From: a virus
Taxonomy: Duplodnaviria; Caudoviricetes
Direction: 5' to 3' (one strand)
Virus record (IMG/VR): IMGVR_UViG_3300024331_000070
Span: 3,615 to 67,614 of that record
Length of the DNA stretch: 64,000 nucleotides
Each line of letters starts with the position of its first letter. Positions within the stretch are counted from its first letter, which is position 1. Position numbers and translations under genes: made by a program. The notes beneath the pieces are model-generated. The model made no database searches. It was not told the origin of the DNA and worked only from the letters and a program-made list of their open reading frames with translations. Below, one piece after another: positions 1-7,334 of this stretch.

Positions 1-6
1 GTCACC

Positions 7-222
7 TTGATCCAAGGTCGGAGCGAGATTGCGGCCCGCGTCTGGCAGGGCCAGACCGAGAGCGGCATCCCGGTGCAATGCTTCGTCACCCGCATCGCCC
101 CGGAAGTCACCAAGACCGATCCGCGCATCGACGAACTGACAGCAGAGTTCGAACGCGAACTCAGGCGTTGCGCCGACCCGCGCATCACGGTCGACGCGAT
201 CCCGCTGCGGTTTATCATCTGA
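7..222 (+). CDS. Hypothetical phage early protein (start may lie outside window)
   Basis: 71-aa ORF co-oriented with the early operon. Confidence 0.5.
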   Translation: MIQGRSEIAARVWQGQTESGIPVQCFVTRIAPEVTKTDPRIDELTAEFERELRRCADPRITVDAIPLRFII

Positions 223-255
223 GGCAATTCGCATGAACATGCACAATTTCCCACT

Positions 256-338
256 TGGTCCCGCCAAGCCCGGCGACGGACCATCGCCTGACCGGGACTC
301 TTCAGCAAAGTCCCGGTCAGGGACTCCAATCGGGACCA
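256..338. ncRNA. Candidate structured RNA
   Basis: TGGTCCCG 256-263 pairs with CGGGACCA 331-338 and encloses a perfect 13-bp hairpin 287-299/309-321. Confidence 0.35.
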
Positions 339-430
339 TGGCGCCGACCACAACCGCCGGCGTTGAAGTGGTCTTCCCCGCGGGGTGGCCCTCGACCCAG
401 ACCCGGATCACGGGCCTCCCCGATCTTTCT

Positions 431-497
431 CCCCGTGCTGGAGCAGAGCCTCCTATTCTCGGCCGAACAGCGGGTTCGATTCCCGCGACGGGGGCCA
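431..497 (+). ncRNA. tRNA-like RNA with truncated anticodon arm
   Basis: Acceptor stem 431-436/488-493, D-like stem GGAG/CTCC, T-arm GCGGG-TTCGATT-CCCGC 470-486, encoded CCA 495-497; 67 nt. Confidence 0.5.
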
Positions 498-502
498 ACA
501 GT

Positions 503-647
503 TCGCGCGGAGGCGGGGAAAGCAGACCCGTACCGAATCCCGGTAAGGTGGCTGGTTCTGTCGGGAACGATGACCTGAGCTGTAAGGGTTCAGGACGCCC
601 AACGGAAGTAGGCCAAGCCGGGGTAGCGACCGGCCCGCGCGAAGCCA
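503..647 (+). ncRNA. tRNA-like RNA with expanded variable region
   Basis: 8-bp closing stem 503-510/635-642, D-like arm 514-530, hairpin 531-545, T-position arm 617-634. Confidence 0.4.
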
Positions 648-778
648 TCACCCCAGGCCCGGCCGCAGTGCGCAGCGCGCTCCTGCGATGCATTGGCGAT
701 GGCGGGCGGCTTCGGGCGCGACTGGGAGCGAGAGGAAATCGAACGCAGGGCGCGGGCGTGGGAACAGAGGCGACGACA

Positions 779-955
779 GTGAGCGAATGGAAGCGCCGAT
801 GGGCCCTGCGAAACTATGTGCCGCTCCGATTCCTCGATCGGTGGGCTGGCTGCGGAGAAGATCGCCAGCCTAGCCGCGTCGCGATCGAATGCAATCTGTT
901 CCATGGCCTGCCGACAAAGGCCATGCGGGCATGGATCGAGCAGGGGCAACAATGA
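779..955 (+). CDS. Hypothetical protein (MSEWKRRWALRNY...)
   Basis: GAGG then GTG at 779; stop overlaps the ASCH start (ATGA). Confidence 0.45.
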   Translation: MSEWKRRWALRNYVPLRFLDRWAGCGEDRQPSRVAIECNLFHGLPTKAMRAWIEQGQQ

Positions 956-1356
956 AAGCCATCAGCCTGTGGCAACCATGGGCCAGCCTTTGGCTCTCGC
1001 CCGCAAAGGTCCACGAAACCCGAGGCTGGGGAACGTCCTATCGTGGCGAGTTGCTGGTTCACGCCGCGAAGCGCGCCGCGGATAGGGACGACGATCTTGA
1101 CGCGCTTGTGAGCAAGTACGGGCTGAAACTCCCGACCGGAGGCATCATCGGAGTCCTGACGCTCGTTGACTGCCGCCAGATGAAGCACACGAGGCCGGAG
1201 AACGAAGAAGATTTGATCTGCGGCTATTGGAGCAACGAGCGGTTAGCATGGAAGCGCGGCGCCTTTCGGATGTTCGAGCGGCCGATACCCTATCGCGGCA
1301 TGCAGGGATTGTTCGAGGTGCCCGACACCGTGTGGCTTGAGCGGGGAGCCGCATGA
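952..1356 (+). CDS. ASCH domain protein
   Basis: MKAISLWQPWASL...K.HETRGW.TSYRG.LLVHAAK signature. Confidence 0.85.
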   Translation: MKAISLWQPWASLWLSPAKVHETRGWGTSYRGELLVHAAKRAADRDDDLDALVSKYGLKLPTGGIIGVLTLVDCRQMKHTRPENEEDLICGYWSNERLAWKRGAFRMFERPIPYRGMQGLFEVPDTVWLERGAA

Positions 1357-1396
1357 CCATCCGCTTCCACCTTTCGCCCGGAGGCGATGTGCCGCC

Positions 1397-1666
1397 ATGA
1401 GCTACGATCGTCCGCCCGGCTTCATCCCGCCCTTTCAAGACTTGGCGACACTTTCCGCGCACATCTGCACGGGTGAATCCACAATAGAGAATTGGGTGAA
1501 GATGGGAATTTTTCCTCCGCCGGTGAAGAAGGGCGGCAAGCGCCTATGGTCATGGGAGGAAGTCAAGCGCTGGCTTGCCCCTGACGACGCCACCGTGTCA
1601 CCGTCCAAGATTGATATTGCTGCGAGCATTACCAATGCAACACGACGGGCGGCCCAAGGTCACTAA
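1397..1666 (+). CDS. xis: Excisionase / AlpA-like winged-HTH protein
   Basis: STIENWVKMGIFPPPVKKGGKRLWSWEEV; directly upstream of and overlapping int. Confidence 0.75.
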   Translation: MSYDRPPGFIPPFQDLATLSAHICTGESTIENWVKMGIFPPPVKKGGKRLWSWEEVKRWLAPDDATVSPSKIDIAASITNATRRAAQGH

Positions 1667-2654
1667 GATCAAAACCGGGAGTTTTGCCGCTGTGGTCCGC
1701 GCTTTCCTCTGCTCGCCCAAGTTCGAAGCGCTCTCGCGCTCGACGCAAGTGCATTACCGCCACCTTCTCAATCTCGCCGAACGGTCGGACATCCTCGGTG
1801 CGATTCCTGTGGATGAAATGCGACCGGCACTCGTGCAGGCTTTCCTCGACGGCCTCGCCGATCGCCCCGCGCAACAAAAGTGCGCGCAGACTGCGATTAA
1901 ATCCCTAGAGCGGTGGGCGCTGGTCCGGGATCTTCTGCCCCGCCAAATCACGCTCGGGACCGAGGCGCCCGGCGGCACCGGCGGCCACGTCCCGTGGACG
2001 GACGAACAGGTGGCGCTCGCCGAGCAGTACGTGCGCCCGCATCTCGCCCGGGTCGTCACGCTCGCCGCCAACACCGGACAGCGCGGCTCCGATCTCGTCA
2101 AGATGCGCTGGACGGACATCGAGGAAGTGGAAGGCCGGCCCGGCATTCAGGTGAAGCAGGTCAAGACGGGGCTCGAGCTATGGGTGCCGTTCACGGCCGC
2201 GCTACAGACGGCGATTGCAGGCTGGAAGGAGGTGATGCCCGTTGCAGGATCAGAGACCAATCATACCACCAGATTTTCTGAGACAAGGCCTCTGAGTGCG
2301 ACAGGGGCCGCACCTGTGCGTTTACCCACATTCATCCTCCTGAAAGAGGACGGCCACCCCTTCACCCGTCAGCAGCTCTCCGACCAATGGCTACGGGAGC
2401 GCAACACCAAGCCCGCCCTGGCGCCGCTCAAGGAGGCGGGTCTCGTCATGCACGGACTGCGCGGCACCGCCGTGGTGCGATTGCGCCGGGCCGGGGCGAC
2501 CATCCCGCAGATCGGCGACATGGTGGGCATGTCGGCGGTGATGGTCACGCGGTATTGCCGGTATTCGATCCAGCGGGAGAATGCGCTGGCGGCGGTTCAT
2601 GTGCTGGACCGGACGGCGATGGAGAAGGCGGCGGAATTGAGGAAGAAGAAATGA
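1575..2654 (+). CDS. int: Tyrosine integrase (exact start uncertain)
   Basis: Catalytic motifs TGQRGSDL (R), K in VKQVKTG, HGLR, TRYC (Y). Confidence 0.92.
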   Translation: MPLTTPPCHRPRLILLRALPMQHDGRPKVTKIKTGSFAAVVRAFLCSPKFEALSRSTQVHYRHLLNLAERSDILGAIPVDEMRPALVQAFLDGLADRPAQQKCAQTAIKSLERWALVRDLLPRQITLGTEAPGGTGGHVPWTDEQVALAEQYVRPHLARVVTLAANTGQRGSDLVKMRWTDIEEVEGRPGIQVKQVKTGLELWVPFTAALQTAIAGWKEVMPVAGSETNHTTRFSETRPLSATGAAPVRLPTFILLKEDGHPFTRQQLSDQWLRERNTKPALAPLKEAGLVMHGLRGTAVVRLRRAGATIPQIGDMVGMSAVMVTRYCRYSIQRENALAAVHVLDRTAMEKAAELRKKK

Positions 2655-2664
2655 GCGGCGGCGG

Positions 2665-2928
2665 ATGGGAAGGATCATGGTTATGGAAGTCATTTTTGTG
2701 ATGTGGACCACAATGGCTATGTTTTCGTGCAGCCAGGGAATATGCACACACGCGGTTGGTCCTATTTTCTCATCACGCCATGCCTGCGAAACAGCACAGA
2801 CAGCATTAGTTTGGACTGGCCCCGTTGAAAATCGCTATTGCGCTCCTGCTCTACCCCTCCCCGCTCGTGTCTGCCACGATCCGTTTTCATGCGAGCCAGG
2901 CAATTTGTACTGCCCTCGATCCGATTGA
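2665..2928 (+). CDS. Small Cys-rich protein with hydrophobic N-terminus
   Basis: 87-aa ORF after int; hydrophobic N-terminal stretch and multiple Cys. Confidence 0.45.
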   Translation: MGRIMVMEVIFVMWTTMAMFSCSQGICTHAVGPIFSSRHACETAQTALVWTGPVENRYCAPALPLPARVCHDPFSCEPGNLYCPRSD

Positions 2929-2959
2929 TGAGCGGGAGCGCTTCAAGCGAACCTTTAAG

Positions 2960-3084
2960 GAACGGAAATAGCTGCGAGTCTCCCAAAACGCCTACCTAAA
3001 CCATTGGAAATTCAATGAACCGACGTATTGGAAATGTACATCGTGCATCGTTTAACTACTTGAATACTATTAGGAAATAGAGAA
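2960..3084. other. Candidate attP region
   Basis: AT-rich intergenic stretch after int; ATTGGAAAT at 3003-3011 and 3027-3035, ATTAGGAAAT at 3069-3078, inverted repeat CATTG-N6-CAATG at 3002-3017. Confidence 0.4.
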
Positions 3085-3606
3085 GTGGCGAAAAAGCAAC
3101 TACCCAGATTGGCGCAAAAAAGCTCAGATCGACACAAGTCAGATCGGAAAGAATTCTGGGCCTATTGCCGCCGCGCGGCCGGCCAAGCGCGCGTTCGATC
3201 GATCGCGAAGGGGATGCCATGCGAGATCGACGCCCACGCGATTGACCGCCTATTGGTGGATCAGGAATGGCGCTGCGCCATCAGCCACGTCCCACTAAAA
3301 GCTCCCGGCAACCCGTCAGCAGTCCAGCGCGAGGCGTTCGCCCCCAGCATTGATCGTATCGTTCCCGCCCTGGGCTACGTTCCTGGCAATGTGCGAGTGG
3401 TGTGCAACATCGTCAACGCGGCAATGAGCGAGTGGGGCCTCGACAGTTTGATGACGCTCGTCGATCTCATGGCGGCGAAGATAATAAACGAGGGCCGCGC
3501 CAGAAGACGAAAATACAAGTCGCCAAAGACTTGCGATTGGAGCGATTCCCCAGGATGGGTCAGATTCGCCCAGATCGGCATTGCCTTGAGGAGGAGCGCG
3601 ACGTGA
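3085..3606 (+). CDS. HNH-like (beta-beta-alpha-metal) endonuclease
   Basis: CAISHVPL...APSIDRIVPALGYVPGNVRVVCNIVN motif. Confidence 0.7.
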   Translation: MAKKQLPRLAQKSSDRHKSDRKEFWAYCRRAAGQARVRSIAKGMPCEIDAHAIDRLLVDQEWRCAISHVPLKAPGNPSAVQREAFAPSIDRIVPALGYVPGNVRVVCNIVNAAMSEWGLDSLMTLVDLMAAKIINEGRARRRKYKSPKTCDWSDSPGWVRFAQIGIALRRSAT

Positions 3607-3893
3607 AGCTACACGGAAGCTGCGGCTCAGTCGACGTTGGTCCCGGCTATCGATTCACCGATAGCGACGGAATGCAATGGGAGATCGTGCGAGAGACGGA
3701 CAGCGGCATATACAGCCCCGTGGGCGTTGGCGGGACGAACATCGTGGAGTGTCGGCACATCGGAGGCGAGGCCACCAACATTTGGAAGCGCTACCTCAAA
3801 GGCGATTTAGGCGAATGGTGCGGCGATAGTCTCGCATGCGCGATAATTGGCCACCAAAGTAGAGCGCTGCGGAGGCAGGGGAGCGGGGCATGA
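3603..3893 (+). CDS. Hypothetical protein
   Basis: GTG start overlapping the upstream stop; part of ORF 3402-3893. Confidence 0.5.
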   Translation: MKLHGSCGSVDVGPGYRFTDSDGMQWEIVRETDSGIYSPVGVGGTNIVECRHIGGEATNIWKRYLKGDLGEWCGDSLACAIIGHQSRALRRQGSGA

Positions 3894-3955
3894 GCGAGAG
3901 CGAGATAGAATTTATCTGCCGTGGCTGCGGCAAAGATATCAAAATGCCGGGAAAG

Positions 3956-3976
3956 GGTAGTGCCTCAGTTTGAAAT
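3956..3976 (+). repeat. Left terminal inverted repeat GGTAGTGCCTCAGTTTGAAAT
   Basis: Exact reverse complement of 5374-5394. Confidence 0.95.
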
Positions 3977-4031
3977 CGGCGCTTCATGGTCGCCCCTTGC
4001 GGGGGTCACAGACAATCGCCATGCTGTGACG

Positions 4032-4271
4032 ATGGCCCCACGTCATCCCAAGCGCCCGACAGACACCAATCAGCTCGGCAAGCTGATCGTCGATTTATCG
4101 ACTGGGGGAACGTCCGAAGAGGTCCCGCCTGAGGACAGCGCCGCCGTTGCGTTCGCGCGGGAAGGCGGCATGAAGGGCGGCAAGGCGCGCGCGGAAGCGT
4201 TGACGCCAGAACGTAGGCATGAAATAGCTCGGCTGGCGGCAGAACGGCGATGGGGACGGAAATTCTCGTAG
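4032..4271 (+). CDS. Small basic protein typical of IS1-like passenger loci
   Basis: PKRPTDTNQLGKLIVD...GGMKGGKARAEALTPERRHEIARLAAERRW. Confidence 0.75.
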   Translation: MAPRHPKRPTDTNQLGKLIVDLSTGGTSEEVPPEDSAAVAFAREGGMKGGKARAEALTPERRHEIARLAAERRWGRKFS

Positions 4272-4300
4272 GAACCAAAGACCGTACTGGGAGTATCTCA

Positions 4301-4495
4301 ATGACGACGCCCCACAACGAACAGAAGTCGCGCGAACGGCTGCCAAACGCAGACGAGCGAAGCCCTCTGTGCCCGCCCGGGGAGCGGGAACCGACGACGT
4401 ATCTCGAACTGTTCCGCCGAGCACTGAGCAAGAACCTGGGCGGAAGTCGGCTGCGTGAGGATCGTAGGAATTTTCATAATGAAAAACGTGCTTGA
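4301..4495 (+). CDS. Hypothetical passenger protein
   Basis: 64-aa ORF from ATG 4301. Confidence 0.35.
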   Translation: MTTPHNEQKSRERLPNADERSPLCPPGEREPTTYLELFRRALSKNLGGSRLREDRRNFHNEKRA

Positions 4496-4521
4496 CACCC
4501 AAGCATAGTTTTCATTATAAA
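4489..4521 (+). promoter_or_regulatory. Sigma70-type promoter overlapped by an inverted repeat
   Basis: TTGACA 4492-4497, TATAAA 4516-4521; TGCTTG-N5-CAAGCA 4489-4505. Confidence 0.55.
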
Positions 4522-4528
4522 TGGGGGC

Positions 4529-4621
4529 ATGAACAAGCTCCCTGCGGAAAAGCGCGCTGCGTTTTCGACGCTTTGCGTGTGTGGCCGAGGCGCATCGCGG
4601 CACACTACTTCGGGAGAGTAG
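4529..4621 (+). pseudogene. N-terminal remnant of an IS1-like transposase
   Basis: MNKLPAEKRA matches, from memory, the start of this transposase family; frame ends after 30 codons. Confidence 0.5.
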
Positions 4622-4623
4622 CA

Positions 4624-4824
4624 ATGGGAATAAAATCGGAGACATTTCGTGGCGTGGTCCTGTCCGGCAAGCGGGACATAGAAAAGTTCGAACGCCAGAT
4701 TCAAAGGACAAAACCGACGCTGGCTGCGGTCGCTACGGTTGCGCGCGGCGGAAAACTTGTTGCCGAGTTTCAATCGAAGGGTTATGCAACTTTCATTGCA
4801 AAGGGGCCGACAAAATCGGAGTAA
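4624..4824 (+). CDS. Putative short antitoxin partner of the GNAT gene
   Basis: 66 aa, 3 nt upstream of the GNAT; VVLSGKRDIEKFERQI...KPT resembles the neutralising half of DUF1778 antitoxins. Confidence 0.5.
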   Translation: MGIKSETFRGVVLSGKRDIEKFERQIQRTKPTLAAVATVARGGKLVAEFQSKGYATFIAKGPTKSE

Positions 4825-4827
4825 GTC

Positions 4828-5373
4828 TTGGCGGGGGAAACCGGGGAATTTATCGTTCGTCCCATCCAAGAGGATGATCGACTAAACAAATTTGAAGTCG
4901 CGCGAGAAGACGACGCGCTTCGCGCCTTTCTCAAAAAGGCCGCTGTGAAGTTCGCGTCCAGCAACATTGCCAAAACCTACGTTGCCCTTGAAAAGGACAA
5001 ACCCGAAAGGCGGGCGCGATCGTACATAAGCATTTTGCTTAGCGAGATACGAAAGGACTATGCGGCCACGGAGGATTGCCCCGAGGCAAACAAGTATAAC
5101 TTTCCTGCGGTAAAGATTGCTCGCCTTGCTACCGACAAAAATTTCGAAGGAAGAGGACTCGGCAGCGATCTTATCGCCCTGGTGGCTGGGCTCGCGCGGG
5201 CGCATGTCATGCCATACGCAGGTTGTCGATTCCTGATCCTGGACGCCAATCGAGCAAAAATTGAATTTTACAAAAAGCGCGGATTTGTCTTGGTCTCCAA
5301 CGAAGAAAATCTTAGGCCCGACAATCAAAACCCGGTCATGTTCATGGACCTTCACAAGATCGTCGGCGCATAA
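4828..5373 (+). CDS. GNAT acetyltransferase, AtaT/TacT-like toxin candidate
   Basis: FPAVKIARLATDKNFEGRGLGSDL, GCRFLILDAN, FYKKRGF. Confidence 0.85.
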   Translation: MAGETGEFIVRPIQEDDRLNKFEVAREDDALRAFLKKAAVKFASSNIAKTYVALEKDKPERRARSYISILLSEIRKDYAATEDCPEANKYNFPAVKIARLATDKNFEGRGLGSDLIALVAGLARAHVMPYAGCRFLILDANRAKIEFYKKRGFVLVSNEENLRPDNQNPVMFMDLHKIVGA

Positions 5374-5394
5374 ATTTCAAACTGAGGCACTACC
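5374..5394 (-). repeat. Right terminal inverted repeat ATTTCAAACTGAGGCACTACC
   Basis: Abuts the GNAT stop codon; matches the left repeat. Confidence 0.95.
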
Positions 5395-5597
5395 GATGTG
5401 CCGCAGAACTTGACCGCTTGCGCGCCACCTGCCATCGTGACGCCGAGGAGATCGAGCGGCTGCGGCCGGTCGTGGTGGAACTAGATCGTCTCCTCAGTCT
5501 CTGTTCAAGCGGTACAGTGGATCGGGTAAGGCTACGAGATGCAGCCCGCGCCGCCCTCGCTCCCCGTCCACCAGACTGACTCCAAAGGAGAAAAAAC

Positions 5598-5816
5598 ATG
5601 ACCCAACACATCAAAGAGTGGAAGATAGAGGAACGGTCCCTCTCTCAGTATGAGGACGGCTGCGGCTGCGTTTGTGGCGTCTCCGTCAACTTGAAAGGAG
5701 AATCAAGTGACACTACAAGTACTGATGATCTCAATCCAACTTTTTGCGATCTCCTTTCAGCTTTGGGCCATATCTGCGATAATGCGGGAACGTATGGCGC
5801 CGCCTGCTGCATCTGA
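5598..5816 (+). CDS. Small acidic Cys-rich hypothetical protein
   Basis: Strong AAGGAG ribosome site; 72 aa, 7 Cys. Confidence 0.55.
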   Translation: MTQHIKEWKIEERSLSQYEDGCGCVCGVSVNLKGESSDTTSTDDLNPTFCDLLSALGHICDNAGTYGAACCI

Positions 5817-5828
5817 GTCGCCTAAGAA

Positions 5829-6257
5829 TCACTCCGCCATGGTGAATCCGGCTTCCTGAGTCTCCTTCATTGGGAGCCACTTTTGAAGCCAATTCGACCA
5901 TCGTCTGATATCTTTGCGTAAAACTATATGTCTGCCTGGAGGAGCCACCGGGGCGACCCACGGCGTGTGGAACCGGTGCACTTCTCCAGGTGAGCCGTTC
6001 TCGACGATGTGAGAGATCGGGAACACCCAGACATCGATCCCGTTTTCATCTACGAACCTTCTATTCAGTTCTCCACTGCATTCGCGCAAGGTCTTTGCCG
6101 TCCATACCGCGAAAAACTTTTCTCCCGGCTTCACGACGTTCGGTTCCATGTGGAAGTCGGAGGTCTCGACGCACGGATCACCCTTGAGCATATAATAGAC
6201 AACCCCAAACACGATCCCTCCGATTAGAAATGAAATGAGAAACGGCCTCTGACGCAT
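5829..6257 (-). CDS. Membrane-anchored periplasmic protein at end of late operon
   Basis: N-terminal TM FLISFLIGGIVFGVVYYML; start overlaps the upstream stop. Confidence 0.65.
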   Translation of the reverse strand: MRQRPFLISFLIGGIVFGVVYYMLKGDPCVETSDFHMEPNVVKPGEKFFAVWTAKTLRECSGELNRRFVDENGIDVWVFPISHIVENGSPGEVHRFHTPWVAPVAPPGRHIVLRKDIRRWSNWLQKWLPMKETQEAGFTMAE

Positions 6258-6514
6258 CACTGGCCCCTTATCCATTCGACCAGCTTGGAAAAGCCCTGCC
6301 CTATCGCTGCGACGGCCGGCGCCGCCAACAGGAACATTCCGAGCAATTTGAGCAGCCACTTGGTTCTGCGGTGCGCCTCCAACATATCCTTGATCTGTGG
6401 CAGCAGCTCTCTGACCTCGGAAACCTCGTGCGGCCTCAATTCATCACGGAGCGCCCGCCGATTGACTTCATCGATGATCGCCCTCAGGTCCTGCGCGTCT
6501 TCATTTTTGGTCAC
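6257..6514 (-). CDS. Putative holin-like membrane protein
   Basis: 85 aa with C-terminal TM LLGMFLLAAPAVAAIG. Confidence 0.55.
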   Translation of the reverse strand: MTKNEDAQDLRAIIDEVNRRALRDELRPHEVSEVRELLPQIKDMLEAHRRTKWLLKLLGMFLLAAPAVAAIGQGFSKLVEWIRGQ

Positions 6515-6559
6515 TTCCCGGCTCTTGAGTTTGGCGCTCTTGTTTTTCTCTCGGCGTTT

Positions 6560-7141
6560 CTAGTGTCCGATGAATCTTGATCCGATGATGACACCCAAGG
6601 TGATGATGGCCCACACGGCACTGATCGCCCATATGCGACCTTGGATGTTGGATGCACCAGTCTCCAGCTTGCCGATACGTTCTTCCTGCTGACGCTGCGT
6701 CAGCATGAATTCACGTCTGAGCGCATCGACTGTTGCTTGACCCTCCTTGATCGTCCACATGAGGCCGGACAGATCGGACAGTGACTTGCGAAATTCATTC
6801 TGGGCTTCGTTGCGGAGCTGCTGGGCGCCTTCGGCCTTGTCCACCGCCTTCTCGGCTGCGATGAGGGCGGCATTGACTGCCTTCTCGGCAGCGGCCAGAG
6901 CGGCCGTGACGCCAGTCTGCTGTGCCTCATAGCGCTCGCGGAGCTGAAGCGACAAGTCGGCAAAACGCTGATTGATGAACTTTTCGAAGGTCGTGAAATT
7001 CCAGCTCTCGGTCAGCACTCCAGATGGCGCAGGCGTCGGCATTTGCCACACGCCGCGCTGATCGCGCACAAAGGCGATTGCCTGATGCAGATCGGCGACG
7101 GCGCTCTTGAGTTCTTTTATGCCGTCGGAGGACTCGGCCAT
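6560..7141 (-). CDS. Coiled-coil protein with C-terminal TM (holin-like or lysis accessory)
   Basis: AALAAAEKAV repeats; terminal IWAISAVWAIITLGVII. Confidence 0.65.
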   Translation of the reverse strand: MAESSDGIKELKSAVADLHQAIAFVRDQRGVWQMPTPAPSGVLTESWNFTTFEKFINQRFADLSLQLRERYEAQQTGVTAALAAAEKAVNAALIAAEKAVDKAEGAQQLRNEAQNEFRKSLSDLSGLMWTIKEGQATVDALRREFMLTQRQQEERIGKLETGASNIQGRIWAISAVWAIITLGVIIGSRFIGH

Positions 7142-7142
7142 C

Positions 7143-7334
7143 TCAGCCCTTTATGCGCGGCTCATAAAAAAATGGCTCCCAGCCATCACGGGGAGCCGGG
7201 AAAATCCGCTTTTTGTGGTCGAATCGAAAGGGCCACGACTGCCCATCGCCCTCCTTGATCAGAGCGTCCATTTCAGATTCACTCACTTCGACCATTTGGT
7301 AAGTCGAGAGACCGATGTGGATGAACCCCTTCAT
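7143..7334 (-). CDS. Hypothetical protein
   Basis: 63-aa ORF; its 3' end overlaps a terminator-like hairpin. Confidence 0.35.
   Translation of the reverse strand: MKGFIHIGLSTYQMVEVSESEMDALIKEGDGQSWPFRFDHKKRIFPAPRDGWEPFFYEPRIKG
7166..7197 (-). terminator. Intrinsic terminator
   Basis: GGCTCCC-N10-GGGAGCC followed by ATTTTTTT on the minus strand. Confidence 0.55.

Larger units (their letters stand above)
3956..5394. mobile_element. Non-autonomous IS1-family-like cassette (1439 bp) with passenger genes
   Basis: Perfect 21-bp terminal inverted repeats, lower GC, transposase start remnant, no intact transposase. Confidence 0.75.
3890..5579 (+). pseudogene. Small phage gene interrupted by the IS-like cassette (5' part 3890-3955, 3' part 5395-5579)
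   Basis: MSESEIEFICRGCGKDIKMPGK stops exactly at the left inverted repeat; CAAELDRLR...EEIERLR...DAARAALAPRPPD* resumes after the right repeat. Confidence 0.4.

Noticed and set aside
431-497. Functional tRNA gene
   Set aside because: No 7-nt anticodon loop or variable loop; reported as tRNA-like only
233-955. 240-aa ORF as a real protein
   Set aside because: Low-complexity translation overlying strong RNA hairpins and tRNA-like folds; only the last 58 codons have a ribosome site and gene-like coupling
4601-4621. Apparent extra T in the printed sequence (one block of 11 characters)
   Set aside because: The ORF track translations and later coordinates fit the sequence without it; treated as a formatting artefact, not a frameshift
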